In this document: positions 53,250 through 64,000 of the stretch, piece by piece | Position numbering within the stretch: position 1 is the first letter of the stretch | Layout: every line of letters starts with the position of its first letter | Origin: Ginglymostoma cirratum | Lineage: Eukaryota | Direction of reading: 5' to 3' | NCBI GenBank assembly: GCA_024137785.1 | Contig: JAHRHZ010000271.1 | Coordinates: forward strand, 24,069,131-24,133,130 | DNA length: 64,000 nt | The notes under the pieces: model-generated | Database searches by the model: none | The model's input: the letters and a program-made list of their open reading frames with translations, nothing else | What the model was told of the DNA's origin: nothing | Made by a program: the position numbers and the translations under genes

Positions 53250-53573
53250 GGGCGGCACGGTGGCTCAGTGGTAAGCACTGCTGCCTCACAGTGCCAGAGA
53301 CCCAGGTTCGATTCCACCCTTGGGTGACTGCCTATGTGGACTTTGCACATTCTCCCCATGTTTGCGTGGGTTTTCTCTGGGTGCTCCAGTTTCCTCCCAC
53401 AGTCCAAAGATGTGCACACTAGGTGGACTGGCCATGCTAAATTGCCCCTAGTGTTCAGGGATGTGTAGATTAGGTGGGTTCAAGGGAGATGGGTCTGGGT
53501 GGGATGCTCTGAGTGTCGGTGTGGACTTGTTGGACCGAAGAGCCTGTTTTCCACACTGTAGGGATTCTATGAT
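53250..53573 (+). mobile_element. Full-length HE1 SINE
   Basis: gggcggcacggtggctcagtggtaagcactgctgcctcacag...ttccacactgtagggattctatgat; collinear with the 51762 copy. Confidence 0.92.
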
Positions 53574-53785
53574 CACGTAGAATTTAGATACGGTGATAGA
53601 TAAGGTGAATTAGCAATGGTCTTTTCTCGAAGGAGGGGTAGTTTTTAAAGGTGAGAGGAGAAAGATTTAAAAGGGACCTGAGGGGCAACTTTTCTCAGAG
53701 GGTGATTCATATGTGGAATCAATTGCCAGAGGAAGTGGTAGAAGCAAGTACAGTTACAACATTTAGAAGACATTTGGACAGGTAC

Positions 53786-53826
53786 ATGAATATGAATATG
53801 AATATGAATATGAATATGAATATGAA
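53786..53826. repeat. (ATGAAT)n microsatellite, about 7 units, expanded within a CR1
   Basis: Direct reading; gives MNMNMN in ORF 53651-53869. Confidence 0.95.
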
Positions 53827-54189
53827 AGGTTTAGAGGGATATGGACCAAATGCAGGCAAGAGGGACTAATTTAGTTTGGGGAACTTGGCTGGCATGGACA
53901 AGTTAGTCCGAAAGGTCAGTTTCTGTGCTGTACGACTCTAACTTTATAACCTAAAGACTCAATAATGGATCACATCATTTTCCTTCAAAATGGGGAGGAG
54001 TGAAATTATTGCACGTAATTTCAGGATAGTCACTATTTGAAATGAATTAGCAACTGTGAAAATACACTATGTAGTTAAATAGTGATGAATTATACAATCA
54101 CCTAGTACACAAACGAGACCTTTTCAATTGTACTTTCTCTTTGAGGAGATAAAAACTTGTTTTGAGAATGAACAATTCTTCGATGAAGC

Positions 54190-54900
54190 ATTGCAACTTT
54201 TCCTTCCTCTGAACATATCTATTCTCTGTACTCAAAATATCCCCTTAAATGGATGCCACTGCAGCTTTATTGAACATTCCCTTAATCAAAATGTGCCAGT
54301 TCCCTTAAAGCAGTTTTGCTTTCATGCCCTCATAATTGCCTCTATTTAAGTTTAAAATATTCGAACTGGATTCATTCCTCTCCCCCTCACATTGAAAGGG
54401 GTGTTCCCTATGAGGTTATTAACTAATCCTCTCTCATTGTACAAAACCAGCATGAGTATATTCTGTTCTGTGGTCAGCTCCACTACATTTTGTTCCAAGA
54501 AAACATTCTATGAACTCCTCTGCTTGGCTATTTTTGTCCATTTGTTTTTTTCCCTGTCTATATGTAAATTAACTCCCCCCATGATTATCACCATACTTTT
54601 CTGACAAGCCCCCACTATTTCATCCTTTATATTCCATCCTACAATGTAGTTACTCTACACAACTCCCACAAGTGAATTTTTGCCTCTGTAACTTCCTTCT
54701 CAACCTAAACCATATTCACTTCCTTGGTTCCTAAACTCAGTCCTCCCTCTCTGTTGTGCCAGCATGGTTATTTAGCACAACCACTCCTCCATCTTTTCCT
54801 AGCTTCCTTTCCTTCCAAAATATCGTCTAAACTTCAATATTCAGATCCCAATCTCTGTAATGGCTATTAGATTATATTTAGTTATTTTGAGTTGCTTTTT
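54190..54900 (-). mobile_element. Decayed CR1 endonuclease-region remnant
   Basis: aaattaactccccccatgattat (minus IIMGGVNL, GDFN-like), cctacaatgtagttactctac. Confidence 0.5.
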
Positions 54901-55051
54901 CAGTTCATCAGTGGGCAAAAATTAATTTAGCTTTTATAGCAACTTCAAGCACTTTTAGCATCATGACTTTTAGCATTATAACTTTTTTGACTGTTCCAAA
55001 TTCTTCATGTACTCCAGTGTTAGAAACAGACAATCAATCAATTCAACATAC

Positions 55052-55249
55052 TTCTTCCTCTTGGTTTCTACTTGATTTATGCTTGTACTCTTCTATATCT
55101 TGTGTTGTTAAAGGCTTTTCTTTCTCATCTTGCTTCTCCACATCTTGCTTCTCCTTCTCGTCCTTCTCCTGTTGTTCCCGAGCTCGTCTCTCAGCTCGAG
55201 ATCGACTGAATGTCTTTTCAGCTTCCTGCAGGTCTGTTAGTGTTACACC
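55052..55249 (-). CDS. PPP1R12B: MYPT2 coding exon (66 codons, phase 0/0): GVTLTDLQEAEKTFSRSRAERRAREQQEKDEKEKQDVEKQDEKEKPLTTQDIEEYKHKSSRNQEEE
   Basis: Acceptor aaaatag|GGT, donor GAA|gtatgt. GVTLTDLQEAE is the MYPT-family segment after the inhibitory RRSTQ site; TFSRSRAER is MYPT2-type (MYPT1 has TIGRSRSTR). Confidence 0.93.
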
Positions 55250-56979
55250 CTATTTTAACAAAGCAAATTACAGCATGTGCAATGTACACACAAAATTACA
55301 AATCATTCAAATTTGGTTTAGAAATCATGCACTAATGCAGTAAGACACTTCAGAATTTGGTTTCAAATCAATCGGAGTGTAATTCTCTTCTAATGTACTT
55401 TCCACCGCTATTGGTTGGCTGCAGTGACTTATTTTCTGAAAAGGTTTAGGCGAACAGCTTTAATCTCATTCGGAAGGGCTACACTATGACTTCCATCTTG
55501 GTGAACATGGGAATCAGTGCAAAACACTGCAACCACCTTGTAACCCACAGCTTTATATTTAAGCCCCAACAGCCTGCAAGTGATCAACATGATCTTTATT
55601 TCCAAGAAAGAACTAGTGTTCGGGGCTCAGAAATCTTTGAAACTCTCACAGCTGTGTTGAAATGATTACAGTAAATGACAATGCTGTAATTCACCAACTG
55701 TTACCTACTGGCAAAACTAGCTGCAGATATATGATGACCACTTTGTGATGTGCTAAAGACACACTTTAGAATTCTGTATTGTCTAATGACTTGCTATAGA
55801 CATTAAAAGAATGTTTCTTAAGCAATTAATAATCCTGGACAAGAATATGAAGTGCTGTATACTGAAAACAGAATTTCTGAATCAAAGAGAATGAGGTGTT
55901 TAACATACGAGAGAAAGCTACATTTTCACTTGCTTTGCTGACATGCTTTAGATTCCTCACCTTTGATTAATAAAGATTGGATACATTGGGGTGTATGATT
56001 CTATAACACTATTTGAAAAATTTTCCTGATGTTCCCACTACTGTCAAAGACAGACTACGGCATAACTTCTTATGGAATCTAGCTTGTATACCCTCAAGTT
56101 TGCTTTCATTTCAAAAGTGATGTTATGAATATCTAGCTCATGGTTCATGGGTTTCGGTATAATTCTTAAACACAAAATTTACTATGAAAATGGGAAAAAA
56201 TGCAATTGGGACCTTCAAGTCTAGTGCACTTGGAAAAGTTAGGTTCACCTTACTACAAGAGGTTAACAGGAAGACAAGGCAATTAAAATGCTGGAATTCA
56301 GTATTAGTGGAACAGCTAAAACAAAAATCAGATCAGAGCATTACCCAAATTTAAAAGAATTGAAATAGCAGAAATGTAGCTACTAAAATAGCAGGTGGCT
56401 TACTCAGCTGGATACTTAAGATCTACAAAACGTGAAGCAATGGCAGTCCAGAGGGAGTTAAAGCTGAAATAGGTTACAAGTATTCAGGAAACCCTGATTG
56501 TCAGGCTAAGGAGCCCAGGGTGGAGTACAATGTCATGCAAATTGGTGCTTTTTTTTGTCTGGGTGGGTTTGCTGGGAGGTTTGGGGTGTACTTGAAGCTG
56601 GGAAAGTGCTGAAGTGTAGTGGCTTCAGGCAGCACAACTCCACTGAGAGTAGATTCCAGGCAGATAAGTCACTGAAAGATCCCTACAACTGAGAGGAAAG
56701 GCAAATCGAAATAAAATGGTACTGAGCGAGAGAAAAGAGCATCAAGTGAGCCAAGTCAGGGAGGGGGAGGCTGAGCACCATGACTCCTCTTTTCTACAAA
56801 GTGGGGTGTGAGAATAGTGTAGAAGGGGTTAGAAGCAGCAGGGAGGCTGACAGAGCTCTTAAGGAGTTCCAGGTTATTGGTTTGGAATTGGTGATGGAAT
56901 TTTAATGTAGTTGCAAATTAGGACAGTGCAAAACCTGGAAGGGAACTGGAAGGGAATCACCTTCTCACTAGGCCACTTA

Positions 56980-59810
56980 ATCAGTAGACATTTAATCCAA
57001 AACTCAGCTAATGTTCTGGGAACCCAGGTTTAAATCCTGCAATGGTAAAATGGTAGAATTTGAATTCAATAAATATCTGGAATTAAGAGTTCAATGATGA
57101 CCATAAAACTACTATTGACTGTTGGAAACACTCATCTGGTTCACGAAATGTCCTTCAGAGAAGGAAATCTGCCATGCTTCCTGATCTGGCCGACACATGA
57201 CTCCAGGCTCACAGCAATGTGGGAGATTCTCAACTGCCCTCTGAAATGGTGTAGCAAGCTACTCAGCCGTGACAATTGCTATGAAGTCTCAAAAAAGAAA
57301 TTAAACTAGACTGACCGCCAGGCAGTGACTCAGCACCGGAAATTACAATGGCAGAAACAGCTCTATCAACCCAGCAAACAAACAAATCCGACAAATCCTT
57401 ATTAACGTCTTGGGGCTTGTGTCAAAATTGGGATGCTGCCTTACAGACTAGTTGAGCAATAGCCTGACATGGTCATATTTACACTCATGGAATCATACCT
57501 AACAGACAATATTCCAGATATTGCCATTACCACCCCGGGTACGTCCGGTTCCATTGGCAGGGAAGACCCAGCAGACGACAGCACAGCGATAAACAGAGGA
57601 TCAAAGTTGAGGACTTTTGATCCTCGAACACCATGAAATCTGATGGTGTTAGGCCAAACATGGGCAAGGAAACTTTCTGCTGATTACCATGTATTATCCA
57701 CCCTCAGCTGATGAATCAGTTGCTGACTCATTGATGCTGAATAACACTCAGTGGGTGGAAAGGGTGCAGAATGGACTGTGAACAGGAGATTTTAATGTCT
57801 AATGACCAAGCTGGTCAAGTCCTAAAGGATACTGTTGCTAGACTGTGACAGGTAATGAAGGAACCAAGAGGGGAAAAACATACTTGACTTCATCCTTCCC
57901 AATCTGCCTGCTGCAGATTCATCTGTCCGTGACAGTATTAGTAAGAGTGACCACCTCACAGACCTTGTGGAGAGTCCCACATTCACAAAAACACCTTACA
58001 TCAGGTCATGTGTCACAAGCACCATGCTAAATGGGACAGACTTTGAACAGATCTAGGAATGCAGGACTGCGCATTCATGAGGCGGTGTGGGCCATCAGCA
58101 GCAGCAGAATCATACTCCACTACAATCTGTAACCTCATGGCCTGGCATATCCCTAGCTCAACCATTACACCATGGGTTCAGTGAAGAGAGTGCAGGAGAA
58201 CATGCCAGGAGTAGCACCAACCATATATAACGAGGTGTAAACCTGGTGAAGCTACAAAATAGGACTACATGCACTCCAACAGCATAAGCAGCAAGTAATA
58301 GACAGAGCTATATGATACCATAATCAATAGAACAGATCTAAGCTTTACAGTCCTGCTGCATCCTATAATGAATAGTGGTGGATACAATCAAACAACTCAC
58401 TGGAGGAAGCACCTCCACTAATATCTTCATCCTCAGTGATGGGAGAGCATAGGACATCAACACAAAAGATAATGCTGAAGAATTTGCAACAATCTTCAGC
58501 CAGAGTGCAAAGTGGATGATCCATCTCGGTCTCTTCCAAAAGTTCCCAGCATCTCAGGTGCAAAACATCAGCCAACTTGATTCACTCCATGTGAAATTAA
58601 GAAACAGTTGAAGGCACTGGATTCTGCAATGGCTAGGGCATTCTGGCATTAGTACTGAAGACCTGTGCTTCCAAACTTGCCGCTCCCATAGACAAGTTGT
58701 TCCAGTACAGCTACAACACTGACATCTATCCAACAATACGGAAAATTCTCCAGGTATGTCCCACACACAAAGCAGAACAATCCACCATGTCAAATTACCG
58801 CCTCATCGGTCTGCTCTTAATCATCAGGAAAGTGATGGAAAGTGTTATCAACAGCTCACTGACACCCAGTTTGGGTTCCGCCACGGCTGCTCAGCTCCTG
58901 ACCTCACTAACTTGGTTCAAACATGAACAAAAGAGCTCAATTCCAGAGGTAGGGTGAAAGCAACAGCCCTTAACATTAAGGCCACATTTGACCAAATGTG
59001 GCATCCAGGAGTCATGATAAAATGGGAGTAAACGGGAATCAGAAGGAAAATGCTCCAATGGATGGAGTCATACTTGGCACATAGGAAGATAGTTGTGGTT
59101 GCTGGAGGTCAGTCATCCCAGCTTGAAGATATCTCTGCAGGAGTTCCTCAGCACAGCACAGCACAGCGTCAGAGGCCCAGCCATTTTCAGCTGCTTTGTC
59201 AATGGTATTTTCCATCTTAAGGTCAAATGTGGGAATGTTGCACAATGTTCAACATCATTCATGATTTCTCAGATATTGAAGTATTCCATGTCTAAATGCA
59301 ATAACTCTTGGACAATACTGGGGCTTGCTGACAAGCGGTTCAAGTAACATTCACACCACATAAATACCAGGCAATGACCATCTCCAATAACAGACAATCT
59401 AGCTATCGCCTGTCGACATTCAATGGTATCGCTGTCACTAAATTCCCCACTAACATCCTGGGGGTTACCACTGACCAGAAACTAAACCGGACCTGCCATA
59501 CAAATAAAATGGCCACAACAGTAGGTCAGAAGACAGGAATACTGCAGCCAGGAACTCGCCTCCTAACTCTCCAAAGCCTGTCACCTATTCAGCACTACTT
59601 AGGAATGTGATGGAATACTCCTCACCTGCCTGGATGAGTGCAGCTCCAACAACACTCAAAAAGCTTGATACCATCCAGGACAAAGCAGCCCACTTAACTG
59701 GCACTACATCCACAAACAGGCTCAGGAAGGTGACACATGACTGGCTTCTCAAGGGCAACAGATGCTGATCCAGCCAGTAATATCCACATTGCATGAGTGA
59801 ATAAACAAAA
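56980..59810 (+). mobile_element. Decayed LINE (CR1/L2 group) with a SINE-like 5' end
   Basis: Endonuclease traces (PDMVIF..ESYLTDNIPD near 57460-57520); RT traces SNYRLIGLLLIIRKVMESVIN and VRGPAIFSCFVN; tail catgagtgaataaacaaaa. Confidence 0.8.
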
Positions 59811-60639
59811 ATGTAGCCGTGTCAGCGGCCCTTAATCTTCTAGGTTTGAAAGGTGTGATCAATGCAACCTTGGCCGCTCACTACTGTGCAGTTTCGAGAT
59901 GGTATACATACTAATGTCACTGTATTCTGTTGGTGAAAGAAGTAAAGGTTTAACTATTTTGTTCTGTGTAGGACTGAAGTGCGTACTCATTCAGGCAAGT
60001 GAAACATTACACACTTCATGCCTTGTAGATGCCTTTGAGGGGTCAGAAGACAAGAAACCTGTTGCACAATTCCCAATTTCTTCCCTACTTCTTTTAGCCA
60101 CAGGATTCTTGCACTCAGTGTGTCCAACATGCTTATGTGATGTGTACAGTAGGTGGGTGAAGAGACTAAGAATACTTTCTCAGTTTGCTTCTCTTTTCCT
60201 AGCTGGAACAGCTGGCTAGGAACCAAGTGAGGAAGAAAACCAAAGATCCAAGTCTTTTCCCCTCTCTTGTTTGGAATAGTCACTCCTTGTCACTTCTACG
60301 CTATTACTGTCGTGGTCTTGCTGCATAAAGCTATGGGCTGCTTCAGTCTGAGGAGTTTCAAATATATTGTTGTATTTCCGAGAGTTGCAAATCCCAGAAA
60401 ATAAAATTTCCAAATGCATCACTGGAAATTAACACTTCTGACACTCAGATTTTGTGTGTAACTCAACAAACAGAAGTTGATCTAATTAAGAAGAACACAT
60501 GTCCCAGGTGTACACTCAAAATAGCTTCTTGCTTACCATTCTAAAGGTTTGGAGACTGCAGCTCAATTAACATACATAAAAAAAACTGCAGAATCAAATA
60601 ACCTCAAAATACCAGTAAAAATTTGGCATTCCATAATAG

Positions 60640-62650
60640 AATTTAGAACATAAAAACTAGAAGAATAGACAAATTCTGTCTCTTGAGCCTGCTCTGCCAT
60701 TTGTTACTATCATTGCTGATCTCATCTCAGTCTCAACTCCACTCTCCTGCCCACTCTTACATTAACCCATTACTAATTAAAAATCTGTTTCTCTCTTCTG
60801 TGAAATTACTCAATGTCCCAGCATCTACTGACTCTGGGATACTGAAATCCACAAATCCACGACCCTTTAAAAGAAGTAATTTCTCCTCATCTCGGTTTTA
60901 AATCTACTACCCCTTATCCTAAAACTATGACCTCTCATTCTAGATTGCCCCACGAGGAAATATCTCTGCTACATCTAATTTGACAATCCCCTTTAATGTC
61001 TCATATAGCTCAAATTAGATCTCTCTTCTTCAGAACTTCCTTTAGCGATAAATCCATTTGTCTTCTCTATCACCTGTTATACCTGCAGACTAATTCTCTG
61101 AGATTAAATGAACAAGGGCTCCCAAGATCCCTCTAACTGCGGAGTGCTTCAATACAATCTCCATTTAGATACTAATTCCATTCCTCCAAACAAAACGGAT
61201 AACCTCACACTTATCCACGCTAAATGGCATCTACCAAATTTTTGTCCATTCAACTAACCTATCGATATCCATTTGCAAACTTCTTTTTTTTTATTGAAAC
61301 CTACTTTCTACCCCCACATCTAAATCATCAACATAGACTGTAAATAGTTAGGGCCCCAAGAACCTGTGGCAGGCGACTCATTACGTCCTGTCAACCAGAA
61401 AAAGATCCATTTATCCAGACTCCTTGCTTTCTGTTGGTTAGCCAATCCTCTATCCAAGTTAATAAATTATTGAAAGCCCCCTGTTAGCTTACTTTGTGTA
61501 TTAATGTTTTGTGCGACATTTTATAAAACGTCTTCTGGAAGTTTAATCTACAGAGTCACCATAATCCATATTGCTTGTTACAGCTTCAAAGAACAAATCG
61601 GTCAAACATGACATATCCTTCATAAAACCATGCTGACTCTGATGGATTGTAATTTGACTTTCCAAATATCCTGCTATTACTTCCCTAGTAATGGATTCCA
61701 ACAATTTCCCAATGACATTAAATTGAATGGACTGTAGTTTTCTACTTTGTCTCCCTCCTTTTTTGAATGAGGATGTTAGCAGTTTTCAAATCCACTGGAA
61801 TCTTCATTGGATCCAGGGAGTTTTGGAATATTATAATTACTTAATCACTACCTGCACTATCACTTCTTTTAAGACCCTACGTTCTAGGGTCATCAGGCCC
61901 TGGGGACCTTTCTGCCTTCAATCCCAATTCTTTGTTCAGTACTATTTACCTAGTGCTGACAACTGTTCTAAGTTCCTCCCTTCCTATTACCTCTGCATTA
62001 GTTGTTATTACTGGGATGGTATTCGTGTTCTCCACTGTGAAAACTGGTGCAAAGTATTGATTAAGTGACTCCACCATTTGTATTCATCATTATTAATGCC
62101 CTTGTCTCATCCTCTAAGGGACCAACATTCACTGTAACTACTCTCTTTCCTTTTATATACTTATAGAACATTTTGCTGTTTTGATATTTTACATTAATTT
62201 TCTTCCATAATTTCTCTTTGCCCTTTTTATGATGTTTTTTAAGAGACCCATTATTAATCTAAGTTTCCTAATCTTCAAGCCTGCACTTGCCTTTGCAATA
62301 CATTATGCTTTAGTTTTTGTCTTTTTACCACGCTCCCCACCCCCTCACAAACAGTCTTTCTTCCTTTCTGCAATATATTTTAGTTGGGAGCCTTTAAATA
62401 TCTGCCACTGCTCATCAACTGTCCTAGTTTTTTATTCTTCCTGCCCAGTCCACCAGGGCCAATCACCATCTGTCTTCATGCCTATGCAATTGCCGTTGTT
62501 TAAAACCAGTTCACTAGGGTGTGACTCAAATTGCTCAACCTCAAACTGAATTTGAAATTCCAACATACTGTAATCATTCTTCCCCAGAGGATATTTTATG
62601 ATAAGACCATTAATTAATCCCACCTCATTACACAATACCAAACACCGAAT
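60640..62650 (-). mobile_element. Decayed CR1 LINE
   Basis: ORF 62432-62641 VLCNEVGLINGLIIKYPLGKNDYSMLEF; aaaaccatgctgact (minus SQHGF); tail tagaatttagaacataaaaactagaag. Confidence 0.8.
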
Positions 62651-62664
62651 ATCCTACGAAAATT

Positions 62665-62900
62665 GAACAATGAATGCTGGAAATGTGAAACACAAACAAA
62701 TATTGCTGGAGAAACTCAGCACGTCTGGCACCCATTCTGGCGAGGATGTAAAAGTTAACCTTTCCGGTCCAGAAGACCTTCTTAAAAACTCAGAAATGTT
62801 CTGAAGAAAGTTCACTAGGCTGAAACATTAACTCTACTTTGTCTTCATAGATACTGTCCGATCTGCTGAGTTTCTCCAGCAATTTGTGTTTCTGTTCCAG
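62665..62900. mobile_element. Palindromic Penelope-derived short element
   Basis: attgctggagaaactcagca ... tgctgagtttctccagcaat inverted arms; CTGAAGA...GAAAC at 62801-62826. Confidence 0.75.
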
Positions 62901-63149
62901 AATAATCTGCTCCCCGGTTTCCCAACATATTATATACAGATTGTGGCAAGGTCTACATGTGGATGGTTCTGGAAAGAGTTTTATTTTATCTGGAGTTTGA
63001 AAGCTAAATGTTGGATTATTTGAGAAGGGGTTGCTTTTTCGTTTGTTCAGCTAAATGTTTGATTTCTTTTTAATATTTGTGTGTTAATTTTTTTCTATGT
63101 TTTGCTTGCTTAATATTAAAGTCTGTGGGTATTGGGAGGTGATTTATTT

Positions 63150-64000
63150 TTATATATATTAGGTGCTATTGAGGGCTTCTTTTTAGGCTTAGTGTCTCTT
63201 GTATGGCCTCAATGACACTGAGTGCTATGACAAGTAGATTTAGAGAAGTCATTACACAGCAGGATCACTCAGATAGATAGATGACTTCAGGAAAGGTAAG
63301 ATGGTAGTTCAGAAGTATCCTATGGCTATTCCTCTCTCAAACAGGTGTTCTGTTTTGGGTACTGTTGAAAGAAATAGTTTTTCAGAGGAAATAAGCACGA
63401 AGAATGAATCTTATGTTAAAAGGGGTTTGGCAAAATTTGCAAGAATAATTGTTACAGGAGACTCTCGTGTCAGGGGCACAGACAGACAACTGTGTGGCAG
63501 TAGACGTGGATCTAGCATAGTACGTTGCTTTCCTGGTGCCAGGGTTAAGCATGTCTCAAAATGTTTGAAGCATATCGTCAAAGGGGAGAATGAGAAACCT
63601 GAAGTTGTTGTACACATTGGTAAGAATGACATAGCCAGGGAAAGGGTAAAGGCTTTGCAGAGTGAATATAAGAGGTTAGGTAGAAAGTTAAAAAACAGAA
63701 CATTAAAAGTAGTATTCCAGGTCCAAGTTCTAATGAAGGAAGGAATAAAAGGATAGGGGAGATAAACCAATGGCTGAAGAGATAGTGCAACGAGCAGAGA
63801 TTCAGTTTCTTGAATCATTGGGGTCTCTCCTGGCACAGAAAAGTTCAGAAAGGGTGGGTTTCATGTGAATTGGAAAGAGACCAATATCCTGGCAGGGAGA
63901 TTTGCTAGTTCTAATTCAGGAACATGTAAACTTCTAGAGACAGGGATGGGGCCTTCCTAAGAAAAAGTGAAAATAGAAAGAAAGATAAGAATGGTTCTGA
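63150..64000 (+). mobile_element. CR1 LINE ORF1 (SGNH esterase-like), decayed, running off the window
   Basis: ORF 63301-63756 IPLSNRCSVL...IIVTGDSRVRGTDRQLCG...CFPGARVKHV...VVVHIGKNDI. Confidence 0.85.

Larger units (their letters stand above)
51490..53940 (+). mobile_element. CR1 LINE hosting nested insertions (two HE1 SINEs, a minus CR1 fragment, a tRNA pseudogene)
   Basis: ccgcagggatcagtgctgggtc (PQGSVLG), aagtttgcagatgacaccaaa (KFADDTK) at about 52083, ORF 52383-52613, resuming at about 53590 to a tail near 53940. Confidence 0.88.

Noticed and set aside
1076-55249. Calling the gene PPP1R12A (MYPT1)
   Set aside because: RRSTGVSxWTQD is MYPT1-like, but TFSRSRAER, the 14-aa Trp-ending exon, [15 protein letters not shown] and the M20 exon all point to PPP1R12B.
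54963-55343. 126-aa plus-strand ORF
   Set aside because: Antisense shadow of the 55052-55249 exon.
59987-60422. Minus-strand ORFs as extra PPP1R12B exons
   Set aside because: No MYPT similarity, no convincing acceptor/donor pair, stop at 60216; the expected RRSTQ exon is not here.
60537-60555. ATG|gtaagc donor that would be in frame with the GVTLTDL exon
   Set aside because: Single motif next to a CR1 tail with no other support; plausible by chance.
1-64000. CRISPR arrays, rRNA or prokaryotic operon-like systems
   Set aside because: No regularly spaced repeats or long intact ORFs; the sequence is vertebrate intron-exon DNA.

Overview
Vertebrate genomic DNA, almost certainly from a shark or ray (HE1 SINEs, CR1 and Penelope-like repeats). 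The window covers the 3' half of a myosin phosphatase targeting subunit gene on the minus strand, best called PPP1R12B (MYPT2). Nine phase-consistent exons run from 55249 (GVTLTDLQEAEKTFSRSRAE...) to 1076 (...EKRALERKVSEMEEELK), including a 17-nt microexon. The ankyrin exons and the terminal leucine-zipper exon lie outside the window. Inside the 38-kb intron (8157-46356) is a separate first coding exon (20870-20971) matching the N-terminus of the small M20/M21 subunit. The introns hold CR1 and other LINEs, SINEs, Penelope-like elements and many short, often palindromic Penelope-derived inserts carrying hammerhead-ribozyme motifs. Also present: a 141-bp-arm foldback, an intron-containing tRNA-Pro pseudogene fused to an HE1 SINE, and a 400-N gap. 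Most ORFs in the supplied track are spurious or decayed retroelement fragments. Protein and repeat identities are recalled, not searched; repeat boundaries are approximate.
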